From contig OX597822.1 in NCBI GenBank assembly GCA_951406725.2, forward strand, positions 70,184,001 through 70,248,000: DNA of 64,000 nt. Direction: 5' to 3'. Numbering within the stretch: the stretch's first letter is position 1; every line of letters begins with the position of its first letter. Positions 14,149 to 26,328 of this stretch are shown piece by piece. A program made the translations under genes and the position numbers. Below the pieces are notes generated by a model that did not search any database, was not told the DNA's origin, and was given only the letters and a program-made list of their open reading frames with translations. The DNA comes from Octopus vulgaris. Taxonomy: Eukaryota.

Positions 14149-14186
<38 letters not shown>

Positions 14187-14430
14187 GACGGGCTTCATTC
14201 AGTTTCCTTCTACCAAATCCACTCACAAGGCTTTGGTCAGCCTGAGGCTATAGTAGAAGACACTTGCCCAAGGTGCCACGCAGTGAGACTGAACCCGGAA
14301 CCATGTGGTTGGTAAGCAAGCTACTTACCACACACCCACTCCTGCACTTGTATGTTAATTTCACGAGCAGGCTGTTACGTTGATTGGGTCAACTGGAACT
14401 CTCATCGTCGTAACCGACAAAGTGCCACGA
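13677..14430 (+). mobile_element. tRNA-derived SINE (family C) interrupted by an antisense family B SINE
   Basis: Head TGGCCCAGTGGTTAGGGCAGTGGAC...GGTTTTGATTCC (A/B boxes). The 3' part GAGTGCTCAG...TTAATTTCACGAGCAG...GTAACCGAC also occurs at 1-128 (+), about 52685-53000 (-) and about 63100-63280 (-). Confidence 0.75.
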
Positions 14431-14599
14431 ACTACATACAGCATATATTATAGACAGTCATGCGTACACACAATACACACACATACTCCAGTTGAATTGT
14501 ATTGAAGCTTGTAGAGAATAGGTCAGCATCTTCATTTCAGTTTATTTTAAAGTCAAAATAGATTTTACTTCATGGTACAACAATTGAATTCCTCTAGAT

Positions 14600-14797
14600 C
14601 AGTGGTTCCCAAACTTTTTAGAGTCGCGGCCCACTATTTATCACACCAGTTTATGACGACCCACTTAACTCTACTGAGTAAAAACATATGACAGCAGTTA
14701 ATCAAAGCTAATGCGTAATTTTATAACTTTTTGCGACCCACTAAGTTTCCGTTCACGACCCATCTGTGGGTCGCGACTCATAGTTTGGGAACCACTG
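14600..14797. mobile_element. 198-bp hAT/Charlie-type MITE, intact
   Basis: Perfect 16-bp TIRs CAGTGGTTCCCAAACT / AGTTTGGGAACCACTG and a perfect 8-bp TSD CTCTAGAT at 14592-14599 and 14798-14805. CpGs are retained. Confidence 0.95.
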
Positions 14798-15061
14798 CTC
14801 TAGATTTTATCTGTATGAGTGATAGGTAAACTATGTACAATAAATATCTGTTTACGTTTTATTCCTTTCAAACCATTCTGCTATATACACTAAAGCATGC
14901 ATGGCAGTAAATAAAAAAAAGTTGTGAGTCAAGTGGGAAGCAGTGTGTCTTTTGTTGTAATTACTGCTGTATCATAGACTCTCTGGTCATACACCTTCAG
15001 TACTAAGCACTTATAATGCTTGGTCACCTTGAACAATCTTTTAGAAATTTTAAATGTATTC

Positions 15062-15487
15062 TTTTATTCTTTTACCTGTTTCAGTCATTTGACTGTGGCC
15101 ATGCTGGAGCACCGCCTTCATAGTCAGGCAAATCGACCCCAGGGCTTATTCTTTGTAAGCCTCGTACTTATTCTATCGCTCTCTTCTGCCGAACCACTAA
15201 GTTATAGGGACGTAAACACCCCAACATCAGTTGTCAAGCGATGGTGGAGGGACAAACACACACACATACACACAACTATATATATATAACGGAAAGGTTT
15301 ACGAAAATAAACAAAAGACAAAGGCAGGTGGAGTACAAACAAACAAATGTATTAGTATGGCGCTCAGGAATAGAAATAGAACAAGTTTTTTTACGTTTTG
15401 AGCCTAAGCTCTTCGACAGAAAGATACACAGAAAAAAAAAACAAGGAGAGAAACAAGGGGAGAAAAAAAATTGCTTTTAGGAGCTAA

Positions 15488-15533
<46 letters not shown>

Positions 15534-15692
15534 GATGGGCTTCTTTCAGTTTCCGTCAACCAAATCCACTCAAGGCTTTGGTCAACCTAAGGCTATAGTA
15601 GAAGACACTTGCCCAAGGTGTCACACAGTGGGACTGAACCTGGAACTATGTGGTTGGTAAGCAAGCTACTTTCCACACAGCCACATCTGCGT
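15062..15692 (-). mobile_element. SINE family B carrying a foreign insert of about 200 bp in its (TA)n
   Basis: Reverse complement of family B. The insert lies at about 15288-15490. Confidence 0.82.
15288..15490 (-). mobile_element. Probable Penelope-like element terminal (pLTR) fragment inserted in (TA)n
   Basis: Non-SINE insert within the (TA)n of a family B SINE. It contains a hammerhead-like motif on the minus strand (15384-15424). Confidence 0.55.
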
Positions 15693-15767
15693 CTTTTAAT
15701 TTTTATCAGGGTGAGAAAATGGATTTAATTGTGGACTCTTTTCCTTGTTGTTTTTGTAATTTTTAAA

Positions 15768-16378
15768 TCCTTTTGATAAGAACCTACCTGAAACTGTCCC
15801 TAGTCCTATGATGCAAATTTCTTATTTTATAGTAATCTAAATTAAAACCTTCTATCAGAATTCCATGTTAATTTATATTCCAAACATCAGCTTAATAACG
15901 ACGAAATAATTTTACTAAATTGTTCGTTATTTTCAAAATTAATTAAAACAGAGGTGTGGGTGTGTGGTAAGTAGCTTGCTTACCAACCACATGGTCCCAG
16001 GTTCAGTCCTACTGCGCGGCACCTTGGGCAAGTGTCTTTTACTATAGCCTCAGACTAACCAAAGCCTTGTGAGTGGATTTGGTAAATGGAAACTGGAAGA
16101 AGCCCGTCGTATATGTATGTATGTGTGTGTATATGTTTGTGTGACTGTTTGTCCCCCTAGCATTGCTTGACAATTGATGCTGGTGTGTTTATGTCCCCGT
16201 AACTTTGTGGTTCGGCAAAAAAGACCAATAGAATAAGTACTAGGCTTACAAAGAATAAGCTCTGGGGTTGATTTGCTCGACCATAAAGGCAGTGCTCCAG
16301 CATGGCTGCAGTCAAATGACTGAAACAAGTAAAAGAGTAGAGGCTGTGTATTTCAACATAAATGTGGTAATGAAAGGA
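15768..16378 (+). mobile_element. Decayed piggyBac-type MITE of the same family, interrupted by a SINE
   Basis: Shares internal motifs (cctgaaact..ctatga, atgttaattt.t.ttccaaac, ttattttcaaaatt, tatttca...tggtaa) with 51058-51570. Termini are degraded. Confidence 0.6.
15951..16340 (+). mobile_element. SINE family B
   Basis: Colinear with 59608-60050. Further copies at about 665-918(-), 1730-1910(-), 5700-6030(+), 6640-7025(-), 13981-14345(-), 36370-36525(-) and 44995-45600(-). Head-sharing variants at about 20965, 22100 and 24040 (+). Confidence 0.85.
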
Positions 16379-16544
16379 TGAAGGAACCTAAATCTTACTT
16401 TCTTATGATCTGGTCTCTAATTAAATTTTTATAAAAGTTTTAGTAAGTCTGTGTTATGGTTTTGACTTAGACTAGTGGTTCTTAACCTACTGACCTCTTT
16501 TGGGCTTGATAAATTAAGTACCTGTGAAACACTGGGGTCGATGT

Positions 16545-16878
16545 AATTCTTTTGCCGCTATATTGTGATCGCAAGGAATACTCACGTCAATTAATAAACA
16601 CACCTTTTTTGTCTGATCTTTTATAATAATATCCGGTTTATTAGCTTTTATAGTCCTGTCGGTATGTACGGGGAAGTCCCAGAGAATCGACACATTTTCT
16701 TCCTCAGTCACAGCTTCAGGATGGTGTTTATACCATTTGTCAGCGGTTTTGATTTTATAATGCCAACATATTGTCCAGTGTAAATACTGGCCGACTCTGT
16801 CATGTCTTGCTTTATATTCTACAAATGCTAAGATTCTGCACCCTGAGATTAGGTGGTCTATAGTTTCAATCTCATTGT
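16545..16878 (-). mobile_element. Non-LTR retrotransposon fragment, restriction-like endonuclease domain (R4/Dong-like)
   Basis: ORF 16514-16951 has ETIDHLISGC (second half of the CCHC knuckle), RHDRV, ILWDF and NKPDIII...LIDVSIP (PD-D/ExK). It abuts an (ATT)n/(AAT)n tract at 16879-16948. Confidence 0.88.
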
Positions 16879-16879
16879 A

Positions 16880-16921
<42 letters not shown>

Positions 16922-17509
16922 ATTATTATAATAATAATAATAATAATACAAGATGGCGAGCTGGCAGAATCATTAACATGCCAGGTAAAATGCTTAGAGG
17001 CATTTCATCCTTCTTTATATTCACAGTTCAAATTCTGCTGAGGCTGATTTTGCTTTTCATCTTTAGGGGTCAATGAAATAAGTACCAGTTGAGTACTGAG
17101 GTTGATGTAATCACCCTCCTCCAATCAAATTCAGGTCTTGTGCCTATAGCAGAAAAAATTATTATTATTATTCTTCACAATGAGAAATTACAGGATAATT
17201 TAGTATCTGAACTGGGATCACTTCTTATGTGGTTATTGGTTACAGTTCTATCTCATGATTATTTTTCTAAAAAAATTCTCTATTTAAATTCTGTCTATGT
17301 CCATGGTTATCCCCATTATATTAATGTATTCAGTAGTTACCTTATATTTATTAATTCCAATCTCTTGTATAGAATATAGTGATTGATCATAGGAAAAACT
17401 TTAATGCATTCTACATATATTATTTTTGTGCTGAGAGCCAGAGCATATTGGGATGTTTTTAATATATATTTAAATTTTTGCTGAAAGTGGCTAATCCTGA
17501 ATATATTAA

Positions 17510-17719
17510 TCCTTTTGTTACAACATTTCTGTTAAAATACACTGACTTTATTTCAAATAATTTTGAAGATAACGAAATATTTATTAAAATAACTTTGTCT
17601 TTATTAAGCTGGTGTTTGGGACATAATTTGACATGAAATTTTGAATGAAGGTCTTAATTTAGATAATTTTAAAACAAGTAATTTGTAACATAACTAGGGG
17701 CAGCTTAGTAGCAAAAGAG
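17510..17719 (-). mobile_element. Short TTAA-flanked piggyBac-type MITE, related to 17800-18817, opposite orientation
   Basis: TTAA-TCCTTTTGTTAC...GTAGCAAAAGAG-TTAA. The internal sequence is the reverse complement of the copies near 15770 and 51058. Confidence 0.75.
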
Positions 17720-17799
17720 TTAACAAAAAAAATAACATAAAAACAAAACAACAATGATAGAAAACAAATGTAACTTATGCTGCTGTAACTGTTGTTTAA

Positions 17800-18817
17800 C
17801 CCTTTTGTTACCAAACCGCCCAAAGCCGCCTGAATTTACCTTTTCATATTTAAATGAGAATATCAGAGCAAATCTCTTTAGTACATTTGTGAAAACATGT
17901 GATTATGCTTCGTAAACAGTTCATCTACAGTTTTGTACAACGATCGACGTGTAATTTTAATTCCCTGAATTTTGGGATATTTTTTTCCACATTTTTTTCG
18001 GCATCGATTTTTCTTCAACTTTGAAAATGGATAGGAGTTTCATGTTATCAAGCATTGATTCCAAATTGGAAAATTTGTGAAGCAAATACTGGGTACTGTT
18101 GTGGATTTAGTTTTTATACAGGGAAACTAATGTTAGTCAGCATGGCTGGAAGTTATTGTTTGAAGTGATCAATGCAGAAACAAACTTACGCAGAATGTAA
18201 ACAAACACAAAATGGGGGTTCAAATTTCGGAAAATTTGTGAAGCAAATACTGGGTACTGCGTGGATTTAGTTTTTATACAGGGAAAATAATGTTAGTCAG
18301 CATGGCCTAGGGAACGATGTGGTCTGGAATTTATCACTTCCATACCATAACCAGGGCCGTATATTATTTTTTGACCGATTTCTTTAGTTCGGTCAAACTT
18401 ATGGTGGATTCCTGTATTTCAGTTTATTCCACCTTTATGGTACACCTGTTGTGCATTAAATTCAACTGATGATATAGTGATGTGCACAATTCTTCTTTAT
18501 CAAAATTTTGTTGCATACCCATTTGAATATTAGCTGATGATTCATTTTCTATGGTGATGTTGAAACAAAATTTTAATATTTTTACGTTTTGCTCAATTTA
18601 CCTGGATTTACCTGTAATTAAAGTCACTTTGAGACAAAAGTTATGCAATAGAATTAAGAACCCTTTCTTTAATTATGTTCCAAATATCACATTAATATGT
18701 TGATAAGTAAAAAAGTTACAGTTATTTAATGAAACAAGCCTAGATTCATGATTATTTTAGAATTTAATTGAAACTTATGAGGGGTGTATTTTGGTCAGAA
18801 ATATAGTAACGAAAGGG
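17800..18817 (+). mobile_element. 1018-bp non-autonomous piggyBac-type (TTAA) element
   Basis: TTAA at 17796-17799 and 18818-18821. TIRs CCCTTTTGTTAC / GTAACGAAAGGG. Internal direct repeat of about 78 bp. No transposase ORF. Confidence 0.88.
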
Positions 18818-18836
18818 TTAACATAGTAGAACTGAC

Positions 18837-19175
18837 CGCTGAGACCCTCTTCGGTCATAACTGACCGTGGGATTGCACCTAAAAAGTTACCCTCCCAGGC
18901 ACAAGTCCGGGCAAGGTTGCTTATGGAAGACCAGCAGTCGCCCATGCATACCGGCCTCCCCTCTCCACGCCACCAGTGTTATCCAAAGGGAAGGCAAAGG
19001 GGCTGATACAGTTTGGCACCTGTGACGTTGCAACTCATTTGTATGGCTGAGTGAACTGGAGCAACATGAAATAAAGTGTCTTGCTCAAGAACATAACACG
19101 CAGCCTGGTCCGGGATTCAAACTCACAACCTCATGCTCGTAAGCTTTATGCTCTAACCACTGAGCCATGTGCGTT
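18837..19175 (-). mobile_element. tRNA-derived SINE
   Basis: The minus strand begins TGGCTCAGTGGTTAGAGCA...GAGTTTGAATCCC (A/B boxes). It shares TTCTTGAGCAAGACACTTTATTTC...GCTCCAGTTCACTCAGC with copies at about 4110-4235, 34634-34890, 42535-42750 and 52860-53000. Confidence 0.75.
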
Positions 19176-19894
19176 CATATGTGAAGAACTGACCAGCCCA
19201 CTTATTATTCACACCTGGTGCCTGGCTGTACTTAAGAAGACCTGTACCCCCAGTGGCAGTTTTAAGGTCAATGCTTCTGGTTGTGTAAAGCACTCATCAC
19301 TGTCCCATGTAAAAGCACCAGTGTAGTATCACATAAAAGCACCTGTGCAGTGCCGTGTAAAAACACCTGTGTGGCACCATGTAAAAACGCCCATGTGGTG
19401 CTACATAAAAGCACCCAGCACATTCTGTAAAGTCGTTGGTATTAGGAAGGGCATCCAGCTGTAGAGACCATGCCAAATCAAACTGGAGTCTGGTGCATCC
19501 CCCTGACTTTCCAGTTCTGGTCACACCATCCAACTCATTCCAGCATGGACAATGGGCTTTAAATGATGATGATGATGATGATTGTCTTTTTGACTATCAT
19601 GACCCTGTATGTCCTTCCATTTTTAAGATGGTGTGAGGTTTGAGGGGGAATTTATTTGGCTGCTATATTTATCAGGCTGACTGACCATGTAGAGACAACC
19701 TCTCTGTGTGTTGCCATTGCTCTTATTTGTTGTGGTGCTTAGTTATTGATGAATAATTTAACAAGTAAATTTCTTGTCAAATTTGGAATTCTTTCCTGTA
19801 CATTCTTTAATACCTGTGGGAAAAACCAGCAATGTCTCAACTTTCTGTTTCTCTTTTCTAACAAATCTGATGTTTCTGCGTTACACATGTAGTG

Positions 19895-19988
19895 AATGTG
19901 TGTGTGTGTTTTTGTGTGTTTATATCTATATTTATTTATCTGTGTATATTTGTATGTGTATATGTCAGTGTGAATATGGATGTATTTG

Positions 19989-20029
<41 letters not shown>

Positions 20030-20344
20030 AAATGTGTGTATGTATATGTATGTGTGTATATGTGTATATATGTATACATTTACGTATGTGTGTATATATG
20101 TATATATTTATGTATGTGTGTATATATGTATATGTATGTGTGTATATATGTATATGTATGTGTGTATATATGTATATATATGTATGTGTGTATATATATG
20201 TATGTGTGTATATATGTATATATATGTATGTATATATGTATATTTATATGTATATATATATATGTGTGTATATATGTATATTTATATGTATGTATGTATG
20301 TAAATTTTTATGTATATATATGTATGTATGTATATGTGTATATA

Positions 20345-20407
<63 letters not shown>

Positions 20408-20532
20408 TTGAATGTATGGAATATATGGACGTGTGTGTTTGTATGTATATGTGTGTGTATATATATATATATATGTGTATATGTGTGTGTGTGTATGTGT
20501 ATATATATATGTATGTGTATTTATGTATTATG

Positions 20533-20563
<31 letters not shown>

Positions 20564-20660
20564 TATATATGCATATAAATATTTGTGTTTGTATGTATGG
20601 ATATGTATGTATGATATATATGGATGTGTGTGTGTGTGTGTAAGTATATATGTATATATC
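19895..20660. repeat. Compound (TA)/(TG)/(TATG) microsatellite field of about 760 bp
   Basis: Alternating purine-pyrimidine sequence. It is the source of the spurious YIYMCV ORFs. Confidence 0.95.
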
Positions 20661-22252
20661 CTGTTGAAATATGTTGACTGTCACATTTCCTGTAATGTCA
20701 GTGTTTTAGAAGTTTCGTTCATTGCCTGTAAAATAGATATTTTTTGCATTGGAAGTAATTGATTATGTTAATATAGTCAGAGAAAGCATACCATGGAGAA
20801 TTAATATCAAGCCATCCTTGATTTCTGAGATGTGTTTTGAAATATTTGATCTCTTTTTGTTGGAAGTTAAAACAAAATAACTATTTTGTTTTTTTTCTTT
20901 TTTGACAACTTAGTTTTGACTCCTTTCTTCCAGTTGTTACAAGTTTCTGAACTGGTGTTTATAAGCATGAGCATGGTTGCGTGGTAAAGGAGTTTGCTTC
21001 CCAGCTGTATGGTTTTGAGTTCAATCCTGCTGTGTGGTACCTTGGCCAAGTGTCTTTTATTGTGGCCCCGGGCTGACCAAAGCCTTGTGATTGGATTTGT
21101 TAAACAGAAACTGAAAGCTTGTTGTGTGTGTGTGTGTGTGTGCACGCACACACATGATGCTCCTTGACATGTGTGTGTGTGGTATGTTTGTGGTTTCATT
21201 GTCTTGACACTGTGTGATAGCTGTAAAATTATTGTCAGTCACACAACAATGTCATTCATTTCCGATATACTATGAGAATGTATCTGACCTTGAGGAAAAT
21301 GTTACTTTGCTTGAGAACAGGTTAGTGTTGGCAGCAGGAAGGGCATCTGGCCATCATAAATCTCAATAAACTCTGTCTGACTAATGCAAGCATGGAAAAA
21401 TGGACATTAAAATGATAATTTTCAAAATTTTCAAAATACTCGTTTCTGCTTTTTTCCAAGTATTTATTAACCATTTGTACTTCGTAATGCTAGAATTCTT
21501 TTCAAAACATTTGAATTTTTTTTCTTCTTATTTCCATTTTTATCTTCTGGGTTTTTTTTTTTTAAAACTTGGAAGTCACTCTAAAATATTTCAAGGGGAA
21601 AAATGTGAACAAACGCCAAACAAAAACCAAACAAAATCCTTGTAGTTTTAATTAATCATGTAATGTGCTTAAGACAAGTAGGTTAGTTGCTGTCTGTTGA
21701 GAATAACAGATGTGTACTGTTTTGAATTTTATATGCAAATGACATGCAGAAATTGAACATTGAATATTTCTTAAATCAGCAAGAGAATGCTTCACTTGTT
21801 TACAGAAACTACTTACATGAGTCATGTAAATGTATATTAGCATATTTTATTGTTGCCCTATTTGTTTTAGCCACTTTCTGATTGTCTGAATTGCAAATCA
21901 ATACAATTTTGATAAATATTTATAATTTAAATGATTAAACATTTACTGCTTATTGTTGGTTATCTGCCTTCCTTTTAAATTTCACAGTTTTTTGGTTTTC
22001 TTCAAGTTATGCTTTGTGAACTGTAAACTAGGAGAAAGTTATTTTGTTGTTTTTTGAATCTTGGAATTTTATTATATTTGGTTGATATATAGCATAGCAC
22101 TGGCATGGCTGCATGATAAAAAGTTTGCCTCCCAATCGCTTGGTCTTAGGTTCAGTCCTACTGTGTAGCATCTTGGGTAACTATCTTCTACTGTACCCGC
22201 AAGTGGATCAAAGCCTTGTGAGTAGATTTGGTAGGCAGAAACTGAAAGAAGT

Positions 22253-22477
22253 CGGCGAGCTGGCAGAAACATTAGCACAATGGGCGAAATGCTTAGCAGT
22301 ATTTTGTTTGCCGTTATGTTCTGAGTTCAAATTCTCCTGAGGTTGACTTTGCCTTTCATCCTTTCAGGGTCGATAAATTAAGTACCAGTTATGCACTGGG
22401 GTTGATATAATCAAATTAATCCATTTGTCTGTCCTTGTTTGTCTCCTCTGTGTGTAGCCCCTAGTAGGCAATAAATA
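22253..22477 (+). mobile_element. SINE family A copy nested in another SINE
   Basis: 16-bp TSD AGAAACTGAAAGAAGT at 22237-22252 and 22478-22493. Same head, core and tail as 45141-45369. Confidence 0.85.
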
Positions 22478-22501
22478 AGAAACTGAAAGAAGTTCATTGT
22501 A

Positions 22502-22536
<35 letters not shown>

Positions 22537-24970
22537 GTGTCTCCTTGCCTTGACATTGCATGACAGTTGTAAATGAGTGTCACTGTCATATAAGTGGTGT
22601 TTTCATTTCCAATCTTCTGTGAAAACATGTCTGGTCATGGGGGAAATATTACCTTACTTGGGAATATCTGAGGCTTTGCAATAGGAATGACATTCAGCTG
22701 CAGAAACTCCACTCCACCTCAAGTAAATTCTGTCTGACCCATGCAAGCATAGAAAAGTGGATGTTAAGGGGTTGGGGTTGGGGAGAAACAAATAAAAAAA
22801 CAAAAATTTTTTTGGTCGATCAGTGAATGTTTCAGACACATAATGATAATATAATAACAAAACTTATGTAAGAAAATATATATGCGTGTCTATTCATCTC
22901 TCTCTCTTTTTTTTGTTGGTTTAAAGTTATTTGCTTATCATTTATAACATGTTGGAAATAATGCTTAATGGGTGTTGGGGATGAATTATAAAAGCTTTTA
23001 CTATTGCAAGTTGGATATGAAAGTTAATAATTGATAAATCTTTCAGGACTGCCTGCGGCATGACTATAGGAATTTTTGATTCACTCTATATTTTATTCCA
23101 GTTCCTTATTCAATTTGCTCTATCAAATGGCTTATTAACAAGGCTACAGTTGCAAGGGGACATGTGTATTTGTAACATCTCATATAGCTCTAGGGAAGAA
23201 GTGATTGTGATTATCACATTTGCTTTGTTACAGCTGCAGCCTGCTAAAATATTGAAATAAGGCTCTGCTAATACCAGATGACTTGTCTTAATTGACATTT
23301 CCTGCCTAATCAAATGAATGGGTATTCTAAATTGGCTTGTTGAAGTCGTTATTGATTCCTGAAGTAATTATTTTGAATTAGTTTTCATATTTCTGTTGAA
23401 TAAGTTTATAGATATTTTATACATAAATAACATTTATAACAATTGTAAGTGAATAAATTTCAGAGACGTATTTGAATTAGAAAATATTATTTTTTGTTTG
23501 ACTCCATTATTTGTTAGAAGCTCTTAAATTTTTCATATTTCCTAGTTAAATGATGCTTCAGTTAAATGAATGAGAACCATTTTTAGAATATTATATAAGA
23601 AGAGACCATGAAATGAAATGAAATGTTATTATAACTAGCAATATGATTGAAGCTGTCATTAATAACTTGAATTTGATATTTAATAAACAAGTTTTAAAGT
23701 TTTAAGTTAGAATGTTAAAACTGCACAGCAAATTAGTTCCATTTGCTCTTCTCAAATAAGTTGTCAACTATCAACTTTTGTAATTATTCATGTTTTACTC
23801 AAATCAAAACTTCATGTCATCACATATTTTATTTATTATTATTTTTAATTATAATCCAACATTTCATTAGTTGCTGCAATATTTGTCCATTCAGCTTTCC
23901 TTTGACTTGCATGTCTATTTATTAAATTTCCTCTATTCTGAAAAAAAATCTGTTGCCTTTAAGAAATGCTTTTAGCTCATAAAACTTTGTCTTTCATTAA
24001 ATATGTGTAGGTGTGGCTAGGCCCAACTGTAGCTGTGTGGTTGAGAAACTTGGTTCCCAACCATGTGGTCTTGGGTTCAATTCCACTGTGCACCACGTTG
24101 GGCTAGTGCCTTCTACTATAGCTCCTGCTCAACCAAAGCCTTGTGGTAGATGGAAACTGAAAGAAGCCTGTTGTGTGTGTGTGTGTACCTTTGTTTTGAT
24201 ATCACATGATGATTGAAAAACAAGCATTACTGTCAAATATGCAATATTGTTTGTTTCCAGTCTTGCATGTAAACCATGTCATGTGGTCATGGGGAAATAT
24301 CATTTTGCTTAGAAACAAAGGTTTTGGTGCAGGAAGGGCATTCAGCCTTAGAAAAATCTGCCAATCTACCTCAACAAATTCCTTCTGAACCATGCAAGCA
24401 TAGAAAAGTGGATGTTAAATGATGATGATGACGATGATGACATGCATGCATGCACACCTTTCTGTCTAAATTTTACTGTACCTCTTTATTTCATTTCACT
24501 GCCAATTAATATCTTTTATATGTGATTTATGGAATCATTTCTATATACAAAGAGAAAGTTCTCTTGTCTAGAAACCCTCTGAACTTTTCACAGACATTAC
24601 GAATGTCTATTGTCATGCCATTACTGATTCCATTACTCTCTATTGTAATGCTATTACTAATCCCATTACACATATGAAGTAGATCACCTTTGTTGCTCCA
24701 AAATGTTTCCTAATTACTCTTTGTGTTGATTTAGACTTGTGTACTGTTGTTTATCAGTAATAATGGAGTACATCTGATCTTATTTGCTCAAGCAGAAAGA
24801 AATTTAAATGAAAGGAGGAAGGGAATTGGGATTTTATCACAAATATATTTAAACACCGCTCTACAGGACACTATTAATAGATATTGGCAGAAAACATTAG
24901 TGATAACCTGCAAACAGAAGTTCAAGACCATGGCGGATATTTCGACTTAATGAGTCTATAGGATGAGAAC

Positions 24971-25054
<84 letters not shown>

Positions 25055-26328
25055 AGAATGAATGAAAATTTATAGTTTTATTCTTGTATCACTTTTTCTT
25101 TGATAAGATATATCCCTATAGACTTTCTAATTGTATAGCTACTGTTCATGTGTTCCATTCTGAAATGTCAGAATGTAATTGGAATATGTGTTGGTCAGTA
25201 AAGACCAGTATATAAGCAAAACATAACCTTTTTCAAATGGAAATACTTTAAAAAATTCTGATGAATAAACAATACTCTCAGTATTGTTTATGTATTAGGT
25301 CTGTTTTCAAAAATTGTCTTTTGCTGCTTGTTTAAGAGGACCAAAGAGCATAAATCAATAGGTTTATGTAGTAAATTATAAAGGAAGTAACATCACAACA
25401 GAGGATGGTAATAACAATGAACTATTTTTTCTCTCCTTTGAACTAATAGGAATGGGGGAAAGTGTTGGTATTTTCCCAACATTGGAGTTTGCAAACTTGT
25501 TTTTAAAAAACTTAAATATAGCAGTATCCTAGTATGATGTCTGAAATTAAAACATGAATAAAATGACTTCTTTATACGTTAACCACTGTCAGATCATCTT
25601 CAACTTCACACATGGAAATTCCATTTTTCTAGTGTTTGCTGGTTTATAATGTTTCACTCAATTAACCTACATTAATTTATATAATAACTCTAAGGCAATG
25701 GTTCCCAGTCTTCTAAATGTGATGACTCTTTGAAAAAGGTTAAGTCCATCTAGGAATAAAATATATCTTATTTATGTTTAAACCTTTGCTAGCCTATGTT
25801 TCTTGTAGAGTACACTGCTTCTATATTTCAGTAAAAATTTAGACGATACAAAAATTTGGAGGGATTTGGTAAAATAACTATCAATGCTTTATCAAGTCAG
25901 TCTTTAACTCTTACTGCGTAGGAACCAAATATTCTTGGCTCATGCTTATGCGCTTAAGACACAGGAACCAAGTTAACTTGTTTTCAATAGTGGGGTACTT
26001 TCTGTAATTCTTCACATTTAATATGACATGATATGCACATTTTATTTCTTCTGGCCAATAGAAAGATATTGCCAAAAATTGATTTGCTTGTTGCATCACC
26101 TTGTTAACATGCAAAAATTTAATTAGCACAGTGAGGGTTAAAATATTACTTAATAGAATCTGATACAAAATTATGATGTGAGATATCAACTTAATCCTTT
26201 TGATATCAGCCTGCCTAAAATTTGCTTCTGCCTCCATGATATAGAAATTACCTGTTTCAAAGTGTTTATAATTAAAACTTTTCATCATAATTTTATGTAG
26301 GAACTTTTTGTTCCAAACATTGGCTTAA

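Noticed and set aside
19300-19420. About 21-bp periodic units (..GTAAAAGCACC.GTG..) resembling a CRISPR array; similar arrays at about 38785-38870, 43360-43545 and 53750-53990
   Set aside because: These are degenerate tandem subrepeats with no unique spacers, always attached to the (GAT)n-tailed retroposon. The context is eukaryotic with no cas genes.
19892-20762. Long ORFs of up to 221 aa rich in Y/I/M/C/V/H/T
   Set aside because: Stop-free translation of alternating purine-pyrimidine microsatellite. The same applies to ORFs at 830-1207, 33874-34346, 36755-37318 and 49344-49749.
24895-24961. Frame ending ...GGYFDLMSL, resembling MAP4K4 exon 1 (IDLSSLR)
   Set aside because: It ends in TAG with no GT donor, and I found no DPAGIF/GNGTYG or GQLAAIK exons between it and 39979.
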